A DNA stretch of 64,000 nucleotides, taken from the NCBI GenBank assembly GCA_963715335.1, contig CAVQRZ010000026.1, forward strand, positions 50,410-114,409, given 5' to 3'. How positions within the stretch are numbered: the stretch's first letter is position 1; each line of letters opens with the position of its first letter. Below the pieces are notes generated by a model. The model was given only the letters and a program-made list of their open reading frames with translations. It was not told where the DNA came from and ran no database searches. Below, piece after piece: positions 52,916 to 62,938 of the stretch. The stretch comes from an uncultured delta proteobacterium (GTDB lineage: Bacteria > Desulfobacterota > Desulfuromonadia > Desulfuromonadales > BM103). The position numbers and the translations under genes were made by a program.

Positions 52916-53361
52916 GCGGCAAACTCAATCCGATACTGGAGATCACACAAGCTGCAATCGATGCAGGCAAGCCACTCGAAGTCAAAAAGATTCGTCAGTT
53001 GCGTGCAGTAAGCAAGCAGGCTGTGACGACCTTCAAGGCGGTCTTCTGGGCCGGTATCGTGATCTTCAATCTGGTCCTTTGGGCGCCTCTGCCAATCGCT
53101 GTGCCCAAAGCGGTCCTGTACGGTGCGGCGTTTATCGTCCTTGCTATCGCCATCGTTGTGCCGATTCTCGGTCTCAGGAAACACCAGATGAACCTGGAAT
53201 TGCTGAAAGTTAACAAACAGACGCTGAAAAGGAAAACGCTCAACGAAACGGGCCGGGTCTATGTGGACAAGGTCAAATGGCAGGACAGGCCGTTTATCAA
53301 TGCCGAGTTCGAACTTCTGGATGGCAGTAAGTGGTCAGACGCACCGGCCCAGGATAATTGA
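52912..53361 (+). CDS. Hypothetical membrane protein (2 TM)
   Basis: ATGA overlap with the upstream gene; two hydrophobic helices. Confidence 0.7.
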   Translation: MSGKLNPILEITQAAIDAGKPLEVKKIRQLRAVSKQAVTTFKAVFWAGIVIFNLVLWAPLPIAVPKAVLYGAAFIVLAIAIVVPILGLRKHQMNLELLKVNKQTLKRKTLNETGRVYVDKVKWQDRPFINAEFELLDGSKWSDAPAQDN

Positions 53362-53424
53362 TTTTGCCTTGCGGAATCTGCCCCCAACTTTTTCGCATCG
53401 AACTGATGTCGAGAGAGGATAGCT

Positions 53425-53928
53425 ATGAATTACAAAGTCATCAATAGCCAACACATCTCCAAAAATTGCCTGGTCTGCGGGGTTGAGAATGACTTCGGTC
53501 TGAAGACCCGGTTCTACGAGACAGCAGACAATGAGTTGGTTGCTGTGTTCAGGCCCATGCGCGAGCATCAAAGCTATCCGAACGTGACCCATGGCGGGAT
53601 CTCCGCCGCAATTCTTGACGAGGTCATTGGCCGGGCAATCATGATGACGACCGACAGTGAAACCTTCGGTGTCACCGTCGAACTGACAGTGCGCTACAAG
53701 AAACCGGTTCCGCTTGATTCCGAACTGAAGGTTGTCGGGCGAATTACCAGGGATCGCGGCAGGGTCTTTGAGGGGACAGGAGAACTTTACCTGCCCAACG
53801 GGGAGGTTGCTGTTGAGGCAGTGGGCAAGTACATGAAGCGCCGCCTGGAACAGATTACCGACCAGGACTTCACCAAAAATGAATGGTTTGTCCCCGACGA
53901 TGACTTGCCCGGAGAAATTTCCGTATAA
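53425..53928 (+). CDS. PaaI/hot-dog fold thioesterase
   Basis: CLVCGVENDFGLK, HQSYPNVTHGGISAAILDE, YKKPVP. Confidence 0.88.
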   Translation: MNYKVINSQHISKNCLVCGVENDFGLKTRFYETADNELVAVFRPMREHQSYPNVTHGGISAAILDEVIGRAIMMTTDSETFGVTVELTVRYKKPVPLDSELKVVGRITRDRGRVFEGTGELYLPNGEVAVEAVGKYMKRRLEQITDQDFTKNEWFVPDDDLPGEISV

Positions 53929-53978
53929 TCGGCAGCCGAACGGGTAAATTTTCTTTCTGAGCCTGAACAGAGAACCTC

Positions 53979-56144
53979 ATGCTACTGGACGATAAAGACA
54001 AGGAATTCAGCCTTGTCAAGAACATCATCAACACGATGTTGCTGCTCAGCAAGCAACAGAAGATCTACGCGGTAGAGAACCAGTTGGTGAAATTAACGGC
54101 AACCCGATTGCTCGGATTCTTTGATGCTTACTTTCTGTATCGCGAGAACTTCCAGCTGACTGTCGTCCGGCACGGCTTCATGCATGATGAGAATTTTGTA
54201 GACCGCCCCAACAAGGCGTTCGAACAGTTCGCCTACACGCTGTTCCAGCACGGTATCAGTGCTATCAGAATCCAGAAAGACCTCACTTCTCGTGACCTGC
54301 AGGTATTCCTCTCACTGACGACAAGGCCGCCTTCTGAAAGCTGGGAGGAGGGCGGGTTTATCTCTTCCATGAGGATGAGGGCTATTGAGAAAATCGAGAT
54401 TCGCGAGATGTCCGAAAGTGATATCGTCTTCCTTGGCGAAGTCAGGCCGGTCGAGAGAAGTGAAGCTCTGCAGCAGAAGTCCGGGATCTGGGACCGGTTC
54501 GCCCTTGCCGTGTTTCACGGCCTGAAAGGATACCGGAAAAACGGTGACGGCGAGCCTGAAGAGATCAAGCCGGGCATGCTTGCCCAGTTGACCAACCAGA
54601 TTCTTGCCGGAATGTCAGAAGTCAACAAACAGAAATTTGCCAAGGGCGTGAGCAACTTTCTGACGTCGATCCAAAGCGAAAAGATCAACGAATATCGCGG
54701 CCGCGCCCTGGCCAAGCTGACCGATTTTATCAACCGTATTGCACCTGAAATTCGGCAACGGCTGTTCAGCAATATCTTCAACCTGAACCTGAAACCACAG
54801 TTTGCAGAAGAGTTTTATTCCGGCCTGTCCGATGAAATAATTCTCGAGATTCTCGAAAGTTCGTCGCAGGATAATACCTATGTCCCCCCGGTTATCCTCA
54901 AGGTCCTGGGTAAAATAGCCCTCGACAAAAAGATCGTCATGTCGAATGTCAACGTCGACAAAAAGATCGCCGAAAAAAAGGCCGACATCGTCAAACTGTT
55001 CCAGAAAGACGATTTCGCGAAATATGTGCCGGAGAAGTATCGTGATGCCCTGTTCAACATCATCCACCATGACAATATTCCACAATCTTCCGAAGCCGGT
55101 CTTTTGCTGCTCCGGACGACCCTGGAAGAGGCCCGGCAGGAAAGGCACACTGCGGATATCATCCTGGAGATTTTGCACGCATCCCCGGACCCCGCACACA
55201 TCATGGGCCTTGATCAGAACCTGGTGAACATCGTGTCGCTATACCTCGATGAGGCTGATTACACGGGCCTGCTTGGGCTCTGGAAACTGTGCTCCGGAGA
55301 AGGTTACGGCCGACAGTTCAATATGCTGATGCGCGTATTTGCCGGTGCCGAGTTTGCCGACAGGATTGTCGATCACGTTGCCCAGTCCGGCAAGCCTGAA
55401 CAGGCAGAGATCGAGGCTCTCATCGTTGCGGTCGGGTCACCTTTCGTCGCACCACTGCTCGAACGGCTGGCGGTTGAAACAAACCGTGCCTCCCGCATGC
55501 GTTATCTGCGATTGCTTCAGGAACTTGATGAAAAACAGGTCATTGCCGAAGCGGTCAAACATCTTGGTGATCAACGGTGGTTTTTCGTCCGGAACGTTAT
55601 CTACCTGCTGCGCAGCCTGCAGAGTGATGACGCCATGCCCTATCTCAGGCCGTTGACCAGGCACCCCCACCCCAAGGTCCAACTCGAAGCAGTGCGGGCG
55701 TGCCTGAAATTTGGCTGCCGGGACTCCCTTGTCGAGCTGGTCAGGATGCTCGATGATAAAGATCAGAAAACGGTGGATACAGGCGTTTCCCTGGCGATGC
55801 AGGTCAGTAACCCAACCGTGACCGAAAGACTGCTCCTTTTGTTGCAGGATCGGGCCGTGTTTGATTACAGGCTGGAACAGAAGGCCGCGATTGTTCAAGT
55901 CCTTGCCAAAAACGCCCAGGCCGAGGCGTTGCCGGTCTTCTCGAGCATCCTGTCAAGCTCCAACCTCGTCCATGCCAAAAAGCATGAGAGCCTGAAAGAG
56001 GAAATTGTTAAATCATTAACCTATTTCGACCCGGTATTGCTGGGACCGTTCATAAAACAGCTGGTAGGCGTCACCAGCGGCAACATCCAGGGCAGGCTGC
56101 AGATGCTGTCGAGACGAATCGGAGCCGGCCATGGCGCAAACTAA
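53979..56144 (+). CDS. Large HEAT-repeat domain protein
   Basis: C-terminal HEAT-like DQRWFFVRNVIYLL, HPHPKVQLEAVRA. Confidence 0.8.
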   Translation: MLLDDKDKEFSLVKNIINTMLLLSKQQKIYAVENQLVKLTATRLLGFFDAYFLYRENFQLTVVRHGFMHDENFVDRPNKAFEQFAYTLFQHGISAIRIQKDLTSRDLQVFLSLTTRPPSESWEEGGFISSMRMRAIEKIEIREMSESDIVFLGEVRPVERSEALQQKSGIWDRFALAVFHGLKGYRKNGDGEPEEIKPGMLAQLTNQILAGMSEVNKQKFAKGVSNFLTSIQSEKINEYRGRALAKLTDFINRIAPEIRQRLFSNIFNLNLKPQFAEEFYSGLSDEIILEILESSSQDNTYVPPVILKVLGKIALDKKIVMSNVNVDKKIAEKKADIVKLFQKDDFAKYVPEKYRDALFNIIHHDNIPQSSEAGLLLLRTTLEEARQERHTADIILEILHASPDPAHIMGLDQNLVNIVSLYLDEADYTGLLGLWKLCSGEGYGRQFNMLMRVFAGAEFADRIVDHVAQSGKPEQAEIEALIVAVGSPFVAPLLERLAVETNRASRMRYLRLLQELDEKQVIAEAVKHLGDQRWFFVRNVIYLLRSLQSDDAMPYLRPLTRHPHPKVQLEAVRACLKFGCRDSLVELVRMLDDKDQKTVDTGVSLAMQVSNPTVTERLLLLLQDRAVFDYRLEQKAAIVQVLAKNAQAEALPVFSSILSSSNLVHAKKHESLKEEIVKSLTYFDPVLLGPFIKQLVGVTSGNIQGRLQMLSRRIGAGHGAN

Positions 56145-57342
56145 ACGGCTGGCCATCATCCAGGAACTGGTTCGCAACATGGCCAGTGCTCTTTCCTCCG
56201 CATCACTCTATGCCCCTGAGCATCCACAGGTCCTGGAGTATCTGACAAAACTGTCAGATACGTGCCGAAGCTTTTTCAGATATGAACCGGAGATTCTGAT
56301 CGCAATCGTCGAAGATGAGCTGCTTTTTCAGGGCAAACCTCTTGGGCATTCACCGAACGCTGATCGCCTCGTGCATTACTGTTCGCGGCGAAAGGTCGGT
56401 TACCTCAAGTTCACCCCGGGGTTTACCTCAAACGAGCTGCTGCAACTGATCAAGGTCCTGTTGGACAAGGCGAGCCTGGACTCCCTGAAAAAGTTGACCA
56501 GTAATATCCAGCTCGGCAGTGTGGACGCTCACGGAGAGGACGATATCAGGCCGATCGCCACTTTTGAGGAACTCACGGAGAGTGAGAAGAAAGGCCTACA
56601 AGAACAATTTGACAATGTTGCCGAGCAGGGCAAGATGAATGTTCAGAATATTGCCAACCTTGTGGCAGGCTTCATCTCTGCATTTCGTCAGGAAGCCAAC
56701 CCCTTCCTCGCCCTGGTACCGATCAGGAAGCATGATGAATACACCTTCACCCATTCGGTGGATGTCGGGATCCTAAATATCGCCCAGGGGATGGCCCTGG
56801 GTCTAGAGGGCCAACTGCTGCATGATATCGGGATCGCCGGAATTCTCCATGATGTAGGGAAAATATTTGTCGATCGGGAGATATTGAACAAGAAGGGAAA
56901 ACTGGATGCCGATGAGTTTGCAAAAATCAAGCAGCATCCTTCGAGGGGCGCGCAGTACCTGATGAATCAGGAAGGGATCCCCCGCCTGGCTGTGTTCAGC
57001 GCTTATGAACATCACATGCGTTACGATCTGAGAGGCTACCCGCGCCCCCCTGAAGGGTGGAAGTTGAACCTCTGCAGCCAGATGACGATGATCTCCGATA
57101 CCTTTGATGCCCTCCGGACGCGCAGGGCGTACGAGGATTCCTGGGATTTTTCCAAGGCCAGCGGTCTTATGCTGCGGCTGGCGGGAGAGCAGCTGAATCC
57201 TGATCTGACCTTAAACTTTTTGCGTACCCTGGCACATATGGGAGAAGATATCGAGAGCTTTGGCGACAGTCGAGAACAGGCGGAGATCAAGCTCGAGATT
57301 ATCGGCTGTCACTGTGCTCTGGAAAACCCTCGTTGCGGCTGA
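56131..57342 (+). CDS. HD-GYP cyclic dinucleotide phosphodiesterase family protein
   Basis: DEYTFTHS, LHDVGK, IKQHP..GA, EHHMRYDLRGYP, SDTFDALR..RAY. Confidence 0.9.
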   Translation: MAQTKRLAIIQELVRNMASALSSASLYAPEHPQVLEYLTKLSDTCRSFFRYEPEILIAIVEDELLFQGKPLGHSPNADRLVHYCSRRKVGYLKFTPGFTSNELLQLIKVLLDKASLDSLKKLTSNIQLGSVDAHGEDDIRPIATFEELTESEKKGLQEQFDNVAEQGKMNVQNIANLVAGFISAFRQEANPFLALVPIRKHDEYTFTHSVDVGILNIAQGMALGLEGQLLHDIGIAGILHDVGKIFVDREILNKKGKLDADEFAKIKQHPSRGAQYLMNQEGIPRLAVFSAYEHHMRYDLRGYPRPPEGWKLNLCSQMTMISDTFDALRTRRAYEDSWDFSKASGLMLRLAGEQLNPDLTLNFLRTLAHMGEDIESFGDSREQAEIKLEIIGCHCALENPRCG

Positions 57343-57365
57343 ATGCCGGAGTATGATTGGTGATA

Positions 57366-57400
57366 AGGGAAGAGGGAAGAGGGAAGAGGGAAGAGGGAAT
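57366..57400 (+). repeat. (AGGGAAG)x~5 heptamer tandem repeat
   Basis: agggaag agggaag agggaag agggaag agggaat. Confidence 0.9.
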
Positions 57401-57489
57401 AATGCCGGCATAATCTTGTCCGACTGGTTAATCAAGGTCATCCGTCCCATCTCAATACCATTTTAATTATCCGGTGCTATAGTTTGTCG

Positions 57490-58467
57490 ATGAAGAATCT
57501 CGCACGATGGTCTTTGCTGCTGACATTTATTTTCCCGTTGTTTCCCCAGGGCGCGCTGGCGCAAGGGGCGCCGCAGGATTTTGCGGCCTGGCTTGAACTT
57601 TTGCGTGTGGATGCCCGTTCTGCAGGGATTTCGGAAAAGACCTTGAATGCGGCCCTGGGCGATCTTGACGCACCAGATCCCCAGGTGTACGAACGCGATC
57701 AAAATCAGCCGGAAAAGACGGTGTCGCTGCAGGCTTATGTCGCCACCAGGGTCAGTCAGGAGCGCATCGACGAAGGGCGCCTGATGCTGCGTCGCTACGC
57801 CACCTGGCTGGCCCGCATCGAACGGCAGTACCGGGTGCAAAAGCGTTTCATCGTTGCACTTTGGGGGATTGAGAGCAGCTACGGTCGGCACGTCGGCGAG
57901 CATCCTGTGATTCCGGCACTGGTCACCCTGGCTTATGACGGGCGGCGTGGGGATTACTTTCGCAATGAGTTGCTTGAGGCGCTGAGAATCCTCGACGCAG
58001 GACATGTCTCTTTGCCGCGTTTGCAAGGTTCCTGGGCGGGGGCGATGGGGCCTTTCCAGTTCATGCCGTCCTCTTATCGCCACTATGCAGTCGACGCTGA
58101 CGGCGACGGTCGCATCAATATCTGGGGATCAGTCCCCGATGCGCTGGCCTCGGCGGCCAATTACCTTGCAAAAGTCGGCTGGAAGAACGATCAAACCTGG
58201 GGTCGAGCCGTTAAACTGCCCGACGAGTTTGATTCTTCAGTAAAAGGTCTGGAAACCCGGTTGCCGCTGTCGCGCTGGCAGGCTCTCGGTGTACGCTGCA
58301 GCAATGGCAGCGCACTGCCTCGCCGCAATCTGCAGGCCTCGCTGATTATTGCCGATGGTCAACCCGCACCGGCCTATCTGGTCTACGACAATTTTCGGGC
58401 CCTGCGTCGCTGGAACCGTTCCAATTCTTTTGCTGTTGCGGTTGGGACCCTTGCCGACAGTTATTGA
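57490..58467 (+). CDS. Lytic murein transglycosylase (MltB/Slt35 family)
   Basis: Signal peptide; DQNQPE, ALWGIESSYG, GSWAGAMGPFQFMPSSY, AVDADGDGRINIW, SAANYL, WNRS. Confidence 0.92.
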   Translation: MKNLARWSLLLTFIFPLFPQGALAQGAPQDFAAWLELLRVDARSAGISEKTLNAALGDLDAPDPQVYERDQNQPEKTVSLQAYVATRVSQERIDEGRLMLRRYATWLARIERQYRVQKRFIVALWGIESSYGRHVGEHPVIPALVTLAYDGRRGDYFRNELLEALRILDAGHVSLPRLQGSWAGAMGPFQFMPSSYRHYAVDADGDGRINIWGSVPDALASAANYLAKVGWKNDQTWGRAVKLPDEFDSSVKGLETRLPLSRWQALGVRCSNGSALPRRNLQASLIIADGQPAPAYLVYDNFRALRRWNRSNSFAVAVGTLADSY

Positions 58468-58581
58468 CTGCAGTGAAACCAAGGGGATCCGCACGAGCCA
58501 CGAAAAAGTTTCGCCTCGCTCTGTTCAGCGACGAGTGATTTGGTAAGATGATATTCCTATCAGGCCTTATGAGAGGTGCCT

Positions 58582-60039
58582 ATGATCAAACCTGACCCTA
58601 TGCCGATCGCCAAAACCGATGAATTCCTCGGTCTGCTGCCGCGCATGGCCAATCGCCATGGCCTGATTGCCGGGGCGACGGGAACCGGCAAAACCGTGAC
58701 CTTGCGGGTTTTTGCGGAGCATTTCAGCCGTATCGGTGTGCCGGTCTTCATGGCCGATGTCAAAGGAGACCTCTCGGGACTGGCAAAAGCCGGTGGCGAC
58801 CACCCCAAGGTCATGGAACGCGTCGAGACTCTGGGACTCAATGACTTCGTGCCACAGGGCTTTCCCGTCGTTTTCTGGGACTTGTTCGGGGAGCAGGGAC
58901 ATCCGGTTCGAACCACCGTCTCAGACATGGGGCCACTTCTCCTGGCTCGCTTGCTCGACCTCAATCCGACCCAGGCCGGTATCCTCACCCTGGTGTTCAA
59001 GGTTGCTGACGACCAGGGCCTGCTGCTGCTCGATCTCGAGGACCTCCAGGCCATGGTCCGTTTTGTCGGCGACAATGCCAGGGAGCTGCGCACGCAATAC
59101 GGCAACATCTCCACGGCCAGTATCGGCGCCATCCAACGGTCGTTGCTGACCCTGGAACAACAGGGTGCGGAAGACTTCTTCGGCGAACCGGCCCTGAACC
59201 TTGACGATCTCATGCAGACCGGGCCCGGCGGCCTCGGCGTGATCAATATCCTTGCTGCTGACCGCCTGATCCAGACCCCGAAAATATACGCAACCTTCCT
59301 GCTCTGGCTGATCGCAGAACTCTTTGAACAGCTCCCCGAGGTCGGCGACCCGGACAAGCCTCGCATCGTGTTTTTCTTCGATGAGGCCCATCTGCTCTTT
59401 GATGACCCGCCGAAAGCGTTGCTCGACAAGATTGAACAGGTCGTCCGCCTGATCCGCTCGAAAGGTGTCGGTGTCTATTTTGTCTCCCAGAATCCGCTCG
59501 ACGTTCCGGACGCCATCCTCGGCCAGCTTGGCAACCGGGTTCAGCACGCCCTGCGGGCCTTCACGCCGCGCGACCAGAAAGCCGTCCGTGCAGCCGCACA
59601 GACCTTTCGGCCCAACCCGCCGCTGGATGTCGAGCAGGTGATCATGGAGCTTGGCGTCGGCGAGGCGCTGGTCTCTTTTCTGGACGCGAAAGGGATTCCG
59701 ACCCCGGTGGAACGCGCTCTGATCTGCCCGCCCGCCAGCCGCCTGCACCCGCTTGATTTCGAGGAGCGCAAACAGGTGCGTGCAGGATCTATCGTCGGTG
59801 ACTTCTATGATCAGGCGATTGACCGGGAATCGGCTTATGAGCAGCTGGCGGCGAAGGCCCGACAACAGGCAGCGGAAACCCCACCACCGGCCAGTCGCAG
59901 CCGTGCGAAGCAGTCCAATTCAATGGGCGATCTTCTCGAAGCCGCAGGCAAAAGCGCCGCCCGCTCAATCGGCACCCAGGTCGGTCGCCAGATCATGCGC
60001 GGCGTGCTTGGCTCGCTCTTTGGCAAGGGGCGCTGGTAA
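58582..60039 (+). CDS. HerA-like ATPase (YjgR/DUF853 family)
   Basis: [15 protein letters not shown]alker A, FFFDEAH Walker [26 protein letters not shown]. Confidence 0.9.
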   Translation: MIKPDPMPIAKTDEFLGLLPRMANRHGLIAGATGTGKTVTLRVFAEHFSRIGVPVFMADVKGDLSGLAKAGGDHPKVMERVETLGLNDFVPQGFPVVFWDLFGEQGHPVRTTVSDMGPLLLARLLDLNPTQAGILTLVFKVADDQGLLLLDLEDLQAMVRFVGDNARELRTQYGNISTASIGAIQRSLLTLEQQGAEDFFGEPALNLDDLMQTGPGGLGVINILAADRLIQTPKIYATFLLWLIAELFEQLPEVGDPDKPRIVFFFDEAHLLFDDPPKALLDKIEQVVRLIRSKGVGVYFVSQNPLDVPDAILGQLGNRVQHALRAFTPRDQKAVRAAAQTFRPNPPLDVEQVIMELGVGEALVSFLDAKGIPTPVERALICPPASRLHPLDFEERKQVRAGSIVGDFYDQAIDRESAYEQLAAKARQQAAETPPPASRSRAKQSNSMGDLLEAAGKSAARSIGTQVGRQIMRGVLGSLFGKGRW

Positions 60040-60050
60040 CGCACAGCAGG

Positions 60051-60752
60051 TCAGAGCTCAACCGGCAAAAATTCTTCCTGTGACATCAGCTCCCAGCTGA
60101 TCTTTTCATCAAGAGGTTCAGACGAAAACAACCAGGAGTTTGCCGAGAACGCTTTGTAGAGAGAGTAGTAGCCCGGTTCCCTGGCGAAATCACGATAAGC
60201 AAATAATTTTACGCCATCGCTGAACAGGCAATTCAGCGCCGAATACTTGTGTTTCTGCTTGATCACCGAAACCGTCTCAAGGAACGCCCGGCCCAGGTCC
60301 TGAGCCTTGCTGCTCATCACGTGGTAAAAGAACACCTCTGTATCGCGGGCATCTGCACCGAGCCCCGGTCTCTTGATGGCGGGGATCAGCTTCTGGTAGT
60401 CATAGACCACGCCGTTATGAAAAAACACGGTGTTGTCGAGATGGAAAGGGTGGGCGTGCCGGGTGCTGGAGGTGTTTGCCCAGGCGGATTTGCGCAGGTG
60501 CAGGATCATGACCGGCGAAGTCTTTGCCGCGCTCAGGATCCGGATAACCTGGTCGGTCTCTTCCAGAAGGTTGACGCCGCTCTTATGAACGACCAGAGCC
60601 CCCTCCCGGTAGTAGGCCAACCCCCAGCCATCCGCGTGTCCGGGAGGATCTTCGGCCATGACCACGCCGCTGCGTGCGAGCTCGCAGAACCGCGCAACGA
60701 TTTGCCGGTGCCTGGAGTAGTCGAAATTGGTGATACCGAGAACCCTGCACAT
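60051..60752 (-). CDS. Stand-alone class II glutamine amidotransferase / Ntn amidohydrolase (YafJ/EgtC/Dug3-like)
   Basis: N-terminal MC nucleophile, HADGWG, HLRKS, HPF, HNG, DTE. Confidence 0.88.
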   Translation of the reverse strand: MCRVLGITNFDYSRHRQIVARFCELARSGVVMAEDPPGHADGWGLAYYREGALVVHKSGVNLLEETDQVIRILSAAKTSPVMILHLRKSAWANTSSTRHAHPFHLDNTVFFHNGVVYDYQKLIPAIKRPGLGADARDTEVFFYHVMSSKAQDLGRAFLETVSVIKQKHKYSALNCLFSDGVKLFAYRDFAREPGYYSLYKAFSANSWLFSSEPLDEKISWELMSQEEFLPVEL

Positions 60753-61283
60753 CTAGAAAAACCACCTTGCAACGGCAACCGCCACCACGATGCCGATAAA
60801 ATCCGCAACCAGGCAGACCGGCACAAGGTAACGGGTTTTCTTGATACTGACAGCGCCAAGGTAGACCGCCAGCACGTAAAAAGTGGTTTCGGCGCTGCCC
60901 ATGATGATGGCCGACATATAGGTGGCAATGGAGTCGGCGCCGGTGGTCTTGACGATGTCCGTAAACAGCGCGGTCGAGGCGCTTCCGGAGAGCGGCTTGA
61001 CGATCGCCATGGAGACGGCCTCGATCGGGATATCCAGGAAAGCAAAAACGCTGTAAAAGGCATCCCTGACATAGTCGAAAGCGCCTGAGGCCTGGAACCC
61101 CTTGATGGCGACGAAGATGGTTAAAAGATAAGGGAAAATATTCAGGATAATTGCCGGTCCCTGTTTGGCTCCGGCAACAAAGGAGTCATACACCCTGACT
61201 TTCTTGAAGGTCCCGTACAGGACCGTAAAGAGAATGAACAGCGGGATAATCAGCAGCGATACGTATTCTACGTACGATATCAT
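60753..61283 (-). CDS. spmB: SpmB-family (gate domain) membrane protein
   Basis: VYDSFVAGAKQG, KPLSGSAS, IMGSAETTFYVLAVYLGAVSIKKTRY. Confidence 0.88.
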   Translation of the reverse strand: MISYVEYVSLLIIPLFILFTVLYGTFKKVRVYDSFVAGAKQGPAIILNIFPYLLTIFVAIKGFQASGAFDYVRDAFYSVFAFLDIPIEAVSMAIVKPLSGSASTALFTDIVKTTGADSIATYMSAIIMGSAETTFYVLAVYLGAVSIKKTRYLVPVCLVADFIGIVVAVAVARWFF

Positions 61284-61855
61284 CTGAAAATCTTCCTGAA
61301 CGCGGCCAGGACCAGCAGCGCCGTCATGGTCGAAATTGCGGTGGCGATCAGCACCGGAAGCACGACCGCAGCCGGATTCCGGTGTCCGTAGTTGGCCAGG
61401 ATGCCGATTACCGAAAACGGGATCAACTGGATGCTGGCGGTGTTGATGACGATGAACGTCATCATCTCGGGCGTAATGGCCCCTTTGTCTTCATTCAGCG
61501 CATCGAGTTCCTGCATGGCCTTGATCCCCAGCGGTGTGGCCGCGTTGCCGAGCCCGAACAGGTTGGCCAGGACATTCAGGGTGATCGCTGTAATCGAAGG
61601 GTGATCACCGGGGATGTTCCTGAACAGCCGGGAGATGATCGGTCTGAACAGATGGGCGATCCGGTAGATCAGACCCGAGTCCTCCAGGATCCTGGTGATC
61701 CCGAGCCAGACCGAGACGATGCCAAGGAGATACAGCGAGATCTCCACCGCCGATTTTGCGCCGTCGAAAATGGACTTGGTAAACGCCTCCAGGTTGCCGG
61801 TAAAAATGGCGAACACGATACTGACGCAAATCATGATCAACCAGAGGATATTCAT
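61280..61855 (-). CDS. spmA: SpmA-family (nucleoside recognition/gate domain) membrane protein
   Basis: AKSAVEI, WLGI, ANLFGLGNAATPLGIKAMQEL, INTASIQLIP. Confidence 0.9.
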   Translation of the reverse strand: MNILWLIMICVSIVFAIFTGNLEAFTKSIFDGAKSAVEISLYLLGIVSVWLGITRILEDSGLIYRIAHLFRPIISRLFRNIPGDHPSITAITLNVLANLFGLGNAATPLGIKAMQELDALNEDKGAITPEMMTFIVINTASIQLIPFSVIGILANYGHRNPAAVVLPVLIATAISTMTALLVLAAFRKIFR

Positions 61856-62718
61856 CGGTTGCCTCCGGGGAAAGACATTGTCCTGATCGTGAGCTGCTTG
61901 CGATCCGTATCCAGCTCGACTTCTGCACCGACAGGCAGGGTGATCTTGTTGGCGACATGGCCGATGTAAGGACAGTGAACCACCGGGAAGTCCAGCGCCA
62001 TTTGTGAAGCCAGGATGTCATAGACCTGCTTGCTCCTGATGCCGCGGAAATCGCCGAGGATGAGTCCGTTGAGACCTTTGAACCTTCCGGCAAGGACCCA
62101 CTGGGTCAGGTAGCGATCCACCTCGTGCAGACGTTCGTCGACATCTTCGAGAAACAGGATCGCATCGGTCGTATCGATCTCCCAGTCGGTACCGATCAGA
62201 GCGGACAGGGTGATGAGATTGCCCCCTTTCAGGGTCCCGACTGCGGCGCCGTGGTTGTAGACCCTGCAAGGGGCGCCTTTGAACAGGTTTTTTTGCGGGT
62301 AGCCTGCGACAGCGTTGAGCAGCGATCTGACCGTGAACGCCGTTGGCGCGTCCAGGTTGATCACCATCGGCGCATGCAGGGTCACCAGGCCAGTGCGTTC
62401 GTAGATTGGATTGAGCAGCGCGCTCAGGTCGCTGAACCCGGCGATCAGTTTGGGGTGTCTCTTGATGAGCTCGAAGTCGATGAACGGCAGGGACTTCATC
62501 GCGCTGTAGCCGCCGCGCAAGGCCAGCAGCATATCGATTCCGGGGTCTGCAAACGCCCCATGGATCTGGTTTGCCTTCTCCAGGGGCGAGGGAAGTGACT
62601 GCGGAAATTCCGGGTTGATGACGTTAAAACCCAACTTCGCGAGCTGCCTGAGCCCGGCGCCAAAGTCACGTTTCTTCTTGATCAAATAACTCGGCGTTAC
62701 AATGCAGACGTTATGCAA
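61852..62718 (-). CDS. LD-carboxypeptidase (peptidase S66, LdcA-like)
   Basis: RGGYS, GFSD (Ser nucleophile), GGNL, FLEDV (Glu), IGH (His), LPVG. Confidence 0.9.
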   Translation of the reverse strand: MHNVCIVTPSYLIKKKRDFGAGLRQLAKLGFNVINPEFPQSLPSPLEKANQIHGAFADPGIDMLLALRGGYSAMKSLPFIDFELIKRHPKLIAGFSDLSALLNPIYERTGLVTLHAPMVINLDAPTAFTVRSLLNAVAGYPQKNLFKGAPCRVYNHGAAVGTLKGGNLITLSALIGTDWEIDTTDAILFLEDVDERLHEVDRYLTQWVLAGRFKGLNGLILGDFRGIRSKQVYDILASQMALDFPVVHCPYIGHVANKITLPVGAEVELDTDRKQLTIRTMSFPGGNR

Positions 62719-62938
62719 GGGGGAGACTCCATAGATATCGAGAATCTGTCTTGCTTCAATTTATCGCCAAACCAGGACAAATACAACCTGATTAAATGTA
62801 TGGCTTTACACGGGAATTCCCGGGAAATCTCCGACTTGAAACGACCGCAAAGATTAGCATAGGCATTCGTTGCCCGGATTAGGTATGATGTCGTTTGACT
62901 AAAGCCACAAACCTGCCACCCCTGTCCGGGAGGAGCCC

